Of a stretch of 64,000 nucleotides of DNA, positions 49,185 to 60,700 are shown piece after piece. The translations under genes and the position numbers were made by a program. The DNA is from Euglena gracilis (lineage: Eukaryota), in NCBI GenBank assembly GCA_039621445.1, contig CP154954.1, forward strand, positions 37,061,703-37,125,702. Reading direction: 5' to 3'. Numbering within the stretch: position 1 is the stretch's first letter; every line of letters begins with the position of its first letter. Below the pieces are notes generated by a model that had not been told where the DNA came from, did not search any database, and saw only the letters and a program-made list of their open reading frames with translations.

Positions 49185-52100
49185 GGGGGCTGGTTGGCTG
49201 TGATGTGATGCACCATCATTCAGGGAGGACAACAATCGGAGTACAGGATCATTGCGCATTTTTGGGCCTCCCCCCCCCACGGGAAGCACGGTGTTTCAGG
49301 TGTCCCTGCGGCATTGCCGAAAAAATTCATCGCGTTTGAAGTTGGGTGAACGGTTCGCTCCTTTGCTGGGGAGATTCTGGAGTATTCCTGCTTGGGTTTT
49401 GAGTTAGGATTTAGGGGAGGTGGGTTGGCACCTGCTGCCGGGGGGAGGTGGGTTGGGGGAGCTGGCTTGGTGCAATATTTACGGAGCCGAAAATGAGGGA
49501 CACTCCGGGGGGGTGCCCACCCTTGCCCCCCAATCCAACCAAAAAAGAAGGCTTCTCGGATCGGAGGTGCATTGCATCACAGTCAGCCCGTGGCATAGCC
49601 AGGCCAGAACAGGAAACCCGGGGATTGCAACCCTCCCACCCACACCCATGCGCATGGTCTGCGGCAATTCATAAAATTCAGACTATGGCACCAAAGGGGC
49701 CGGGGCAAATTTGCAAAGCGAACTGTTCAAGTACCACCTGCCACCCAACCCCAATTGACAAATCTTTCCTTTCGGCGCTTCGCACCAAAACTTTGGGCAA
49801 ATGAGATGGGATGGGGGCAAATTGGTGGGGCAGGGAAATTATTGTGCAAAAATACCCCCCCCCCCAAAATAGCACGTCGGCCAAATCTTGGTGGATTTTG
49901 GACTTATTCGGCCCAGAACTTTGCGTCGGGCCAAAAATCTGGCCAAAGAGCCGAAAAGGTGTCCCCTGACCTGATTGGGGGGGGGGCATAATGTCGTTGG
50001 ACATGGGGGGGGGCACAACGTGGGGATGAGGGGACCCTCCCACCCAAAGAAAAAGACCAGGCCATTCCGGTTCTGGTCTGGGTACGGAGGGGGGGGCTGG
50101 CTGGGTAATCACCGTGAGAGACGAGTTTGCTTCAATGGCCAAAGATGAAACAAATAAATACCAAGGCCCCCCCATATAAGACCCCTTCGGGGTGTTGGCT
50201 TCCGGGGCCTCATATGGGGGGGGCGTGGTAATTGGCCAAACCCCAGCCTTCCCAAATGCCGAATCTCCCCTGCCATGGAAATTTCAAACACAACTTCATT
50301 GGGGACTGGCAATTGCTTTTCTTCCTGCAATGTGTGCGGGTTTTCATGGGCCTTGAAAGCTATAATAACATTTTTGTGTGGCTTGTGCTTACGGTGGGTG
50401 CTAGAAGGTGCCTGCCCCAGCAGGCACACCGGCACACCCCCCGGGGGGGTCCGGGGGGACCCAGAAAATTTTCATTGAAAATAGCCTCTTCCGGGCCCCG
50501 GCGCCTTCGGCGCCAGGGTCGGAGGGGAATGCCTGCTATGGTCAGGTGCCCCCCCAAAAACCTCACCTCCCCCCCGGGGGGGGGTCGGATCGGGTGGTAT
50601 AGGGGCCTGCCCCAAGCAGCCCCCCCCCCCCGTGGGGCAGGCACCCGACTGAGCACAAGCCTGATTCCAAACTCTGTTTCTTCACTCATTCAAAGAAGAA
50701 AACAAAGAAGGGGAAAAATCAACAAGGGAATCCAGTCAAAACTCAACCCTCCAGGGATTACCCAGCCAGGAGGGGGAATCATGGCACAAAGTGGAGCCCC
50801 CATGCCCCCCCCCATGCCCCATGCCCCAATACCCCCCCGTACCCCCCCCCATACCCCGTACCCCCCCATACCCTGTACCCCCCCACACCCCCTACCCCCC
50901 CCATACCCCAATTTTTTTTGCCTGAAACCATGCTTTTTGGCCTCCCGGACCCGTAAAACCTGTTTTCGCACCGAAATTGAGTGCCTTTCGGTGTTTGAGT
51001 CAAAAAATGGGCAAAAAAGTCGGAAAAATTCCGAAAAATTTTTGTTTGAAACCATGCTTTTCAGCCTCCCAGACCCGGAAAACCTGTTTTCGAGCCAAAA
51101 ATGACATATGAAACTGTTCGAGTGCCCAGGGCCCCGGACCCCCCCCCCCAGCAACAAAATAAGCCTCTACCGACTTTTTCTGTGGGCAAATCACGCGTCG
51201 TATGAAACTGTTCGAGTGTCCGGGGGCCATAAACTTCATGAAAAACATCCCCAAACCCTCCCCCCCCCACGCCCCCCCTGCACCCCCCATATCCCAGGTA
51301 TGGGGCCCCACTTTGTGCCATATGTGGGGGGGGGGGTGTTGTTCCCCCCATTCTGCTCCTCCACCACGCCCATGGGCACACTGGGTGCCAACCCCACAGT
51401 CTGATCGATAGACAGTCCAATCGGATTGTGCCAAGGATTGCAAGCAGAGTCATTCTCAGGAAACAAAAATGATAATTTGATCAATGTGCAAACATGTGCA
51501 TGCACATAGTGGTGCATATATGGTGGAAATATAATGTATATTTTATATGTATTTGTATCTATCTATCTCTATCTCGATCTCCATCAGCACGCGTACACTG
51601 CGCACATTTACATCTTTCGTGTGCAAACGTTAGTGTGTTTGAGTGCATGTCTGCAAGGTGGACATAAATTTATAATGCAAGGTATTACAATCCTTGGGTG
51701 GGTGGACCTGCGCGTGGGCAACAATGCTGGATCAACCACAGGGCTGCACAAGGAAAGCCATGTGGGCACCCGTTTGTTTCTCAAGGACTGGACCCCCAGT
51801 GTCCAGGGGAGCCCAGCCGCAGACAGCTGGGAAACAGGCAAAAAAAAACTGAATCCAGCCAGGTTGGCATTCGGAAGCCAAAATTTGGAGGCAAGAAACC
51901 CCCACAATCTCCCCAAAAATGCCATTTTTGGTCATCTTTGAGCAAACACTTCCTAGCGCAATGCATCGGGAAAAAAGGTTTCGTCCAGCCAGCTTCTTTG
52001 GACTGGCCAACACTTTTATCCAGCGGAACCCTCTGTGGAGGGTCCGCAGCCCGGCAGGGAAATGCTGGGAGGCTGGACCCCCCCCCCCAGGGGGAACAGG

Positions 52101-52580
52101 GTCACCTCCAACTCAAGAAAACCCCGACCCCCCCCCCGGTCGGCCCCTGGTGGGGGAGACAGCCCACCCACCCAGGAGGAGGGAGGCAGGGTATTCAGTA
52201 GGGGGGGGGGCAGTCCCAGACCACCTCCCCCTCAGTGTCAACCCCCCAGTGTGAGTCAACCGCCCGGAACATTTTTTGAGGGGCTCCTGAAATGAACCAA
52301 TCCCCTCCTCCCCTATCAGGCCGAGGGGGTGGGGCACCCCTGGAACCAAACTTTTTCTTCCCGGCGTTTTGCAACAAAAAATGCTTTCTTTTCAGAAAAT
52401 TTTGTGGATTTGTGGGGGAGAAAACTGCCTGCAAGCGAATGAAACGACCTCGAGAACTGGCGCCTGTGGAAACCTGGGAAAGCCTGGGGGATCAGCCTCC
52501 CCCCCAACCCCCACCCTCATTGGGGTTCCGGGATTCCCATTCCGCCCTGGCCATCGACCTCGTGCGTGGTGCTGCACCGC

Positions 52581-55500
52581 TCACCGGTGCAGCTTGCGCT
52601 TCAGCTTCCGCCACGCCCTCTTCAGGGCGTTGGGCCGTGCGCAGGGCACAGCGCCATGCACCGTTGCATCTCCCTGGGTCAGGGCGTAGCTTGGGGGGGT
52701 CCAGCTCAGAAGCCGGAAAATTGGCTTGGCTGGAATAAAGCTGCTGGCTGACCCCTGCCCCCTCCCGATCCTGTCGAAGCAGGCACCAAAAAAAAATCGA
52801 AATGGCAAAAAAAATCCAAAAAAAACTGCCAATCATGCAAAGAAAAGGGCCCAAATTTGCCCTGACCAGCCCTTTTCCAATTTCGTCATTTTTGTCCATT
52901 TTTGGCCCATTTTTCACCCCCCCCCCCAAAGTGAGGCTGGAAATAAATAAAACTCGTTGAGGGCGGGAGGGGGCCCCATGCTGGAAAAAAGGCTGCTGGC
53001 TGGCTGGAGCCGGGTTCGATCTCAAGGCAGGTGGGGGTGGGGGGTCCCGGAACCCCCCAGGGTTGGTCCGGACCCCCTTGGCAGGGTGGTCCAGGAGGGG
53101 GGTGGGGGGGGACACCCCCCACCTGAACCCTGGGCGCCCTCCTTATATCGAACCCTGGGCTGGAACCCCCCATGGGATCAAATTTTCTTAAGCTGCGCCC
53201 CAACCTGAAAATTGCCAATCCCCCACCAAAGCCAAAGCTGGGCGGGCTCAAAAAACGTTCACTGGCGAGGAGGAAAAAAATCAAAACCGTGAGCCGCCCC
53301 GAGCCAAAGAGACACCCCCCCATGCTTAATTATCTCCAAAAAAAACATTCTCTTGTTTTTTGAGCTGAATTTTCACTTTGCGTGTAAAAATTTCATTGGT
53401 TTTCGAGTATTCTTCATCATTCACGCGAAGAAACTTCCTGGACAGGGAAGCAGGGGGCTCTGGCAACTCTTTTGGAAAGCCCTCAGTGAAAAAATGGATT
53501 TTCAACCCCAGCCCCAGATGGGATGAGTTATGCATTGAATGTCTTTTTTTTGCTCCTTCCCCATCAGGGAATTTTGTGAGCCGGAGGGTACCCTACCCCC
53601 CGGGGGGGGGGGTCCAGCCAGCCAGCAGCTCAAATCCAGCCAGCAGCCCAAATTCGGGCTGGGAGCCCCCCTCCTGGGGGTCGAGTAAAATAAAACTGGG
53701 TCCAGCCCAACTGGAGGCCGGGCCAGCCAACCGCAGGCGGGCCAGCCAACTGGGCTGCCCAGCTCACTTATCCTTGCTTTTTTTCTCCTCATCACAGCCC
53801 TCCATCACAGCCCCCCAGCCTTGATCTAGCTCCACCGATCAAAACGTCTAAAATGACAAAAATGTGTTAGAAAATTTTGTTTTTCCTCGACCCAGCCCAG
53901 CCCAGTCCCCTCCAGTCCCGGACCCCCCCCCCCCCCCGCCGGGGGGGGGGGGGTCCAGCCAGCAGCTCAAATCCAGCCAACAGCCTTTTTTGCCAGCCGG
54001 AGGCTGGACCATACAATTGCTTACCGACCCCCAGGGGGGGGGAGGGGGGTCACTCCACTTTTTTAAAAACCAGTCAGTCACTCATTTTCAAAAAACCAGC
54101 CAGTCACTACCCCCCCGGGGGGGGGGGGGGGGGTCGGCCACTCAGAAAAACGGCCACTTTCCAGTCACTTTAGGCCATTTTAGGTCAAAAAAAATTTTCC
54201 GGCGCCTTCGGCGCTGGGGTCACTCAAGCCACTTTTGCCCACTCCTGGCCGACCCCCCCCCCGGGGGGGAGGGGGTCCGGGCCCAAAACCAGTCAGTCAC
54301 TCTGAAAAAACCAGTCACCCACCCCCCCGGGGGGGGGGGGGGGGGGGTGGGACAGTGCTTAAGCAATTGTCTGGGCTGGACCCCCCCGGGGGGGGCCCTT
54401 AAGAAATTCCCTGTTCCCCATTCATTTAGAAAGGAGCAGGGGTTTTTCTTAAGACCGGGGGGAGGTCCCCCGCCCACCAACCCCTGGAGGGGCCTCCCTG
54501 GGGGGGGGGGGGTCGGGGGACCCACAAAAAAAAATGGCCGAAAATCGCGAAAAGTGCTAAAAAATAGCACTTTTTCAAAAAATTTCTGCGCCAAAAGCGC
54601 TGAAAAGCACATCCCAGCCCCCTCCGGGGGGACCCCCCCCCCGGGTCCCGGGGCCCCACCCACCCACCCTACCCCCCCCCTGGAGTCCACGATGAAAAAA
54701 ACCCCTGGAAAGAAGGACAGAAGACAGAAATTGTATTTTGGTGTGCCATGTTTTATGTGCCCTGGCTGGGGTTGCGCCACCGCTGCTGCTTCAGCGGCCG
54801 GCGCGGCCGGCAGCTCGGCTGGCAGCGCAGCTGGCGCGACAGCCGGCGCGGCTGGCGGCGCAGGCGGCTCCGCAGGCCGGGCAGCGACAGGCCGTTGCCA
54901 AAGATGGCGGGGGAGGGGTGCCTCGGATTTGCACCAGAAGAGGGGGGCTTGGCACCCTGTCGCTTCTTCAAAGAGACCGTGTTGAGGGGGGACTGCACAA
55001 ACTTCTTTACACTGATCCCAGGGGTCACGTCCACCCAAAAAACCAGTCAATCTCCCCACCCACCCCAGGAGGGTCCCAGGGGACCCACCGAAAATGGCCG
55101 AAAAATCGCGAAAAATGCTAAAAAAAAGCACCTTTTTCAAAAATTTTCGGCACCTTCAGCGACGAAAAGTACATCCCACTCCCCTAGGGACCCCCCCCCA
55201 TGGGGGGGGTTGGCTGGACCCACCCACCCTGCCCCCCCCCACCCCCAGGAGGTCCAAAGCTTGAAAAAAAACCTGGTCGGGATGGGATACCCCACTGATC
55301 AGTGAGTGATTGTCTGCGTGGGACTTGCAATGCAGAAAGGCAGGAGGAGGGGCAGTCCGTCAGGAAGGGCCTGCCCGGCAGGCCACAGCCGGCGCCGGAT
55401 CTCCCGCACCACCGCCTTCGCCTTCGCCACGGGCCCGGGCGGCGGCGGCGGCTGCGCGTCCCTCCACCGCTGGAGGGGCGTGGTGGGGTTGATGAAGGGG

Positions 55501-57269
55501 GCGGGCACTTGGCCGCAGGCCGGTCCCCCAGGAACCCGCTTGGGGTGGGGGTGGGAAACAAACGGCCCGCGAGGTTTGGAGAACTTTGGAGAACTTTCTT
55601 CAAATTGTGAGCCGAAAGGCATCCGTTGGACCTGAAAGAAACCCAATCAGGAAACAGGCGGAGTGCAACAAAGCGATTCAAAAAAAAACATGTGTTGCCT
55701 GTGAATTCCGTTTACCTGCATTTCACACCCCTGACCCCAATTGCCAAGTCCAGCACTTTTGTCCTTCAATGATGAGGGCTTTAAACACATTTATCCGGAT
55801 TTCCAGGCTCTTCCAGGAATGTGGCCAAGTCGCCAACCGGGAGGGGCCGAAAAAAAAGGGGGGGACAGGCCTGGCCCCAGCAGCAGGGCGTGGACGGCGA
55901 GGTCGCCCACGGCGCCCACCATGATGGCCCACGTGTGGGCCATGCGGAGGGCGGCGTAGGCGGCGTTGTGCCGCCACGCCCCGGCTCAAAGGGGACAGGG
56001 GGAGGGAGGGGACCAGGCTGTTTTTTTACCAACCTGGGGGGGGGGGTCCAGAGTGCCTTGGAGGCCAGACCAAAATTGTTGAAAATCCCTTGATTTTTCT
56101 TTGAAAATGAATTCCTTGAAAATTGTGAACACTTTAGCTGCGGAAAGCACCCCAAAAATGCGCAATATGCTCAAAAGTGAGGAAAAGGGGCATTTTTGTT
56201 CATTTTCCGGCGCGCCAAAAGAAATATTTTTGTCATAAAGAAGGGGGGGTCCGGACCCCCCCAACCTCCAGGAAGGGGCCCCCTCACCCACCTTCAAACC
56301 AAAATGCTTCCAATCCATCCCTGGGGAGGGACCAGGGAGACCCCAAGCCAAGCCAACGGGGGGGGGGGGGTGAGCCAGGGTGTGGCCCGCCGTAGCCGTT
56401 GCCCTCGACTTGTTCGCGCAGGCGGCGGTCGATGGCATGGACGATGGCGGCGACGGCTGGCGGCGGAGGGCCCTCTGCCAGGGGGGGGGGGAGGGGAGGT
56501 TGGATTTGGATGAGAGACAAATCCGTTGGGGGTTTGCGAATGAACTTGAAGGCAACCCTCCGCCCCTTGAAATGCAACCGCAAAGGGCCCCCCGCTTGCG
56601 GTGCACGGGTACAACCCGGCGACCCACCGCAGCCGCGGCCGCAGGCAGTCCACGTACAGCGAGCTGTACGTGGCGACCACCGACAGCCGCAGGCTTGTGT
56701 GGGAATCTCGGGGGGGGGGGGGGGGGCTCCCCTTCCAAAACTGGGGGGGGGGGGAGGGTGAGGGTGAGGGGGGACCCCCCTACCTCCAGTATTCAGTCGC
56801 CGAAAATTTTGGCCCTGTTTGGGTCAAAAACATCAATTCTTCTGAAATTCCTCAAAAATGGTGGACAAAATGTCAGATACCTAAATTGAAGCCTTGAAAT
56901 GCCATTTTGATTTCCCCTCAACTCCCCTCCTGGCCCAAGTTACAGCCATTTTTCGACCAATTTTGGCCATTTTGCCAAAATTTCATATCGAGCTTCAAGA
57001 GGGTCCAAAAATGCACACCGGAAGATTTTTATTTGCCCCTGCAGAGGAGGGGGAGGGGGGTGGGTGGGGGACCCCCTTCCGAAACCGGGGGGACGGGGGT
57101 GGGGGGACCCCCCTGCCACCTTACCCCCCTAGGGGGGGACCCCCTGCCACCTGCGTCATGTCTGCGGAGCTTCCCATACAACCCTGGCCAGCCATGCCAG
57201 CGCGTTGGCCAGGCGGCTGTCGGTGGTCGGCAGGATCAACAGCAGGGCCCATTGGTAGGTCAATGCACC

Positions 57270-57340
<71 letters not shown>

Positions 57341-57658
57341 GTAATAATAATAATAATGATGATGATGATGATGATGATGATGGTAATAATAATAATAATG
57401 ATGATGATGATGATGATGATGATGGTAATAATAATAATAATGATGATGATGATGATGATGATGATGGTAATAATAATAATAATGATGATGATGATGATGA
57501 TGATGGTAATAATAATAATAATGATGATGATGATGATGATGATGATGATAATAAGAAGAAGAAGAAGAAGAAGAATAAGAATAAGAATAAGAATAAGAAT
57601 AAGAATAAGAATAAGAATAATAATGATGATGATGATGATAATGATAATAATAGCAATA

Positions 57659-57712
<54 letters not shown>

Positions 57713-57721
57713 GCAACAATA

Positions 57722-57786
<65 letters not shown>

Positions 57787-60700
57787 GACAATAATGATGA
57801 TGACGATGATGATGATGATGAAAAAAGGAAAATATTCAACATCTCAACAAAACATGTTGACTCGATTTGGCTGGGGGTCAACAGCACCAATCTAACCCCC
57901 CAGCACAGCAAAAAAAAACCAGGCTTACAATGTTTCAGCCAAATTCCTCTGAATGGGAGTGAAACGCAACGCTGGCAGTAATTCAAACCTGACCCAGGAA
58001 GCCGGCTCCACAAACTCCGGGTTGTGCTCCCAAATTTCACCTTTCCGTTTCTCTGACCCCAAATGCCGACGCCACTCGGCCCTGTGCGTCCAGCCCGCGG
58101 CGACGATGGGGGCGAGCAGCAGGGGCACCAGCCACCAGCTGCGGACCTGTGAGAGGGGAAGTGGTATGAGCTTTGTGATAATTCCCCCTCGCTGCCTGGG
58201 AAAATGGCAACCAAAAAAAATGCGGTAAAAAATGTACGATGTTCTGCGAGTCAACCCACAAAATGCAAAACATTTGGGGGGCAACGTCAGAGGATCAGGC
58301 TTCTTTTCATCAACCTGGGGGGGGGGGTATTGTGCCTCTCGGAGCCTACCAGCCAGGTCATTTTTTAGAGGCCATTTTTGGGCCATTCGGCGTCAGGGGG
58401 TGTGCTGTGGCGCCAACCCACCCCAAACCCCGACTCCCCGGGTCGAAAATGCCCTACCCCTGCCTGCCAATAGCACCCCCCCCGGGGGGTGCGCATTGCA
58501 AAGAATCAAACAGAAACCCATGTGCATCCCTCGCCATCGTTATCGCCTTTAGAAAGCTGCATTTCACCAAATCTGTCTTCTTTTGAATTTTATCAGTTTT
58601 TTAATTCATTCCGGAGAAATTTGTGGAGACGTGAGCGAAGATCAGGCGGATGTGGGGCGCAAGCAATGACATACCGTTAGCGGTGCGCGGGGCGGTCGTT
58701 CCCTCGCTGCCTCACGCGCCAGCAGCGCGCTCTCGAACTGTGAGAGGCAGGGGCATTTGAGGTTGTAAATCTGAAACACAGCCTGGGAGTGTCCGGACCC
58801 CCATCCAGGCTTCTTTTAAGACCCCCGGGGGGGGTCCCCCCACCCACCCAGGGTGGCGCGGGACCCCGGGGGGGGACCCCAAAATCGGGCCCGTTAAAGG
58901 CAATTTTCAAAAATTTTCGGTGCTTCGCGCCGAAAAGGTATACCCGGCGCGGGACCCACCCCCCGGGGGGTCCGGCCCCGGACCCCCCCCCACCCACCAG
59001 ACATTCATTTAGTGTGGCTCACAAAAGATGTGTGAACCACAAAATTTTTTTTGGTGTCAACAGGTGAACCACAAAAAAACTCTCGGTGTCCACGGTGAAC
59101 CACAAAATGACAACGTTGGTATACCACACTGAATAAATGTCTGGCACTCACCCTCCCTCCCCCCCCCGGGGGGGTCTGCTGACTTAAAAAGAAGCCTGCC
59201 CCCATCCCTCGGGCAGGGTATTAAATGAGTGTTGGGGGGGGTTGGATTGTGCAAAAAAATTTCTGGCAACGGAAAAAACCAAAAAATCGAATTTTCGAAA
59301 AAAAAATTTTGAAGAATCAGTCAAACAATGCACCACCCATTTTTTATTCTTTCTGGGTTTCCGGGGGTCCCAGACCCCTCGGTCTGAAGGGGGGGTCTGG
59401 ACCCACCAGGGTGGGTCCAGGTGGCACCCTCCCCCCGGGGGGTCTAACCCCTCTTTCCCCGCACCCCCCCCCCTCCCGCAAGACCACTGTTCACTCAACA
59501 CAGGGGAAAAACTTCTCCATCGGGCAAATGACAAAAGGTCGACAGAATTTTTGGTCTCGGGGGAAAATCGAGGGCAAAACGAGCAATTTTTCATTGTCAA
59601 AAAGACCTTGACCCTTACCTTTGCCCAAACCCTTTTTGAAACTAGAAAATCGGGAGGGAGAAAAAAACAAAATGCAACAACAACAATAACAACAACAACA
59701 ACAACAGACATAAAAACACAAATTTTATCAAAATAGAAAAACACAAATAATGCAAAAAAAACATTTGCGTTCCCCTTGCCTTCCCCTCCCCTTGCTAAAA
59801 CTAACGCTTGACACTTTGTTACTGCCAGTTGAGTGAAGATCCAGCACACCCCCGATCCATTTGTGAACCCGGACAAACCCCAAACGCACCGACCTCCACA
59901 CAGTCCCGTGGCACGGGGTCTTCTGAGTTAGTAATGGGCCTGGACACCATGAAAGTGCTAAAAATAGCACTTTCGGCGCCTTCAGCGCCGAAAAGCATAT
60001 CCCACCCCCCTCCGGTGGGACCCCCAGGGGGGGGGGCTCGGCCGGACCCACCCACCCTACCCCAGGGTTCGATATAAGGAGAGGAGGGGGGGGGTGGTCC
60101 GGACCCCCCTGCAGGCCAGGAGGGGGGGGGGACACCCCCCCCACCTGAACCATGTACGCCTCCTCATATCAAACCCTTCCCCCCCCCCCCCCCCCCACCG
60201 GGCAGGGTTCGATATAAGGAGGGGGGGGGGGTCCAGACCCCCCCCCCTGCGGGGCAGGAGGGGGGGGGGGGGCCACCTAAACAGTGGCGCGGTCAGGGTG
60301 ACCGATTTTCGGCCCAGCGCAAAGCGCCGGGCCGAAAAATTTTGACCCCCCAAGACGACCAAAAGTGCCATTTTGGGCACTTTTTGGGCAAAAATTGGCC
60401 AAAAATGCAAAAAAATTTCGGCGCAAAGCGCCGGAGGAAAAAATTGCCCCTTTTTGGGGGGGGGTCCCGGGTACCCCCCCCGAGGGTCGGTCCGGACCCC
60501 CCTTGCAGGTGGGGGGGGGGGTGGTCCGGACCCCCCCTGCAGGCCAGGGAGGGGGGGGGGGGGGGGGGACACCCCCCCACCTAAACCATGTACGCCCTCC
60601 TTATATCGAACCCTGCCCCCGGGGTCCACGACCAAAAAAACCCCTGTCCCCCACAGGTGGCTTTTGAAGAGAACTGTCCAGGTTGAATCCAGAATTCCAG

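Larger units (their letters stand above)
52637..54767 (-). other. Nonconventional intron (2131 nt) containing nested MITEs
   Basis: C|agc-CAGGGCACA...TGTGCCCTG-cgcac|G; 9-bp terminal stem; joins in frame to the stop-containing last exon. Confidence 0.7.

Noticed and set aside
55940-55975. RHNAAY as the RHN motif of an RLE-type retrotransposon
   Set aside because: No adjacent CCHC knuckle, PD..D nuclease motif or RT domain; it lies in an intron-rich gene
55821-56897. Plus-strand ORFs overlapping the exons
   Set aside because: Antisense shadows of GC3-rich minus-strand exons
54768-57268. Alternative gene model using GC-AG introns
   Set aside because: Needs several weak GC donors and fails at 56685-57189; the stem rule explains all joins uniformly
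56894-58214. Poly-Met/Ile and poly-Ser/Leu ORFs
   Set aside because: Microsatellite translation; only 57190-57268 and 58071-58146 look exonic
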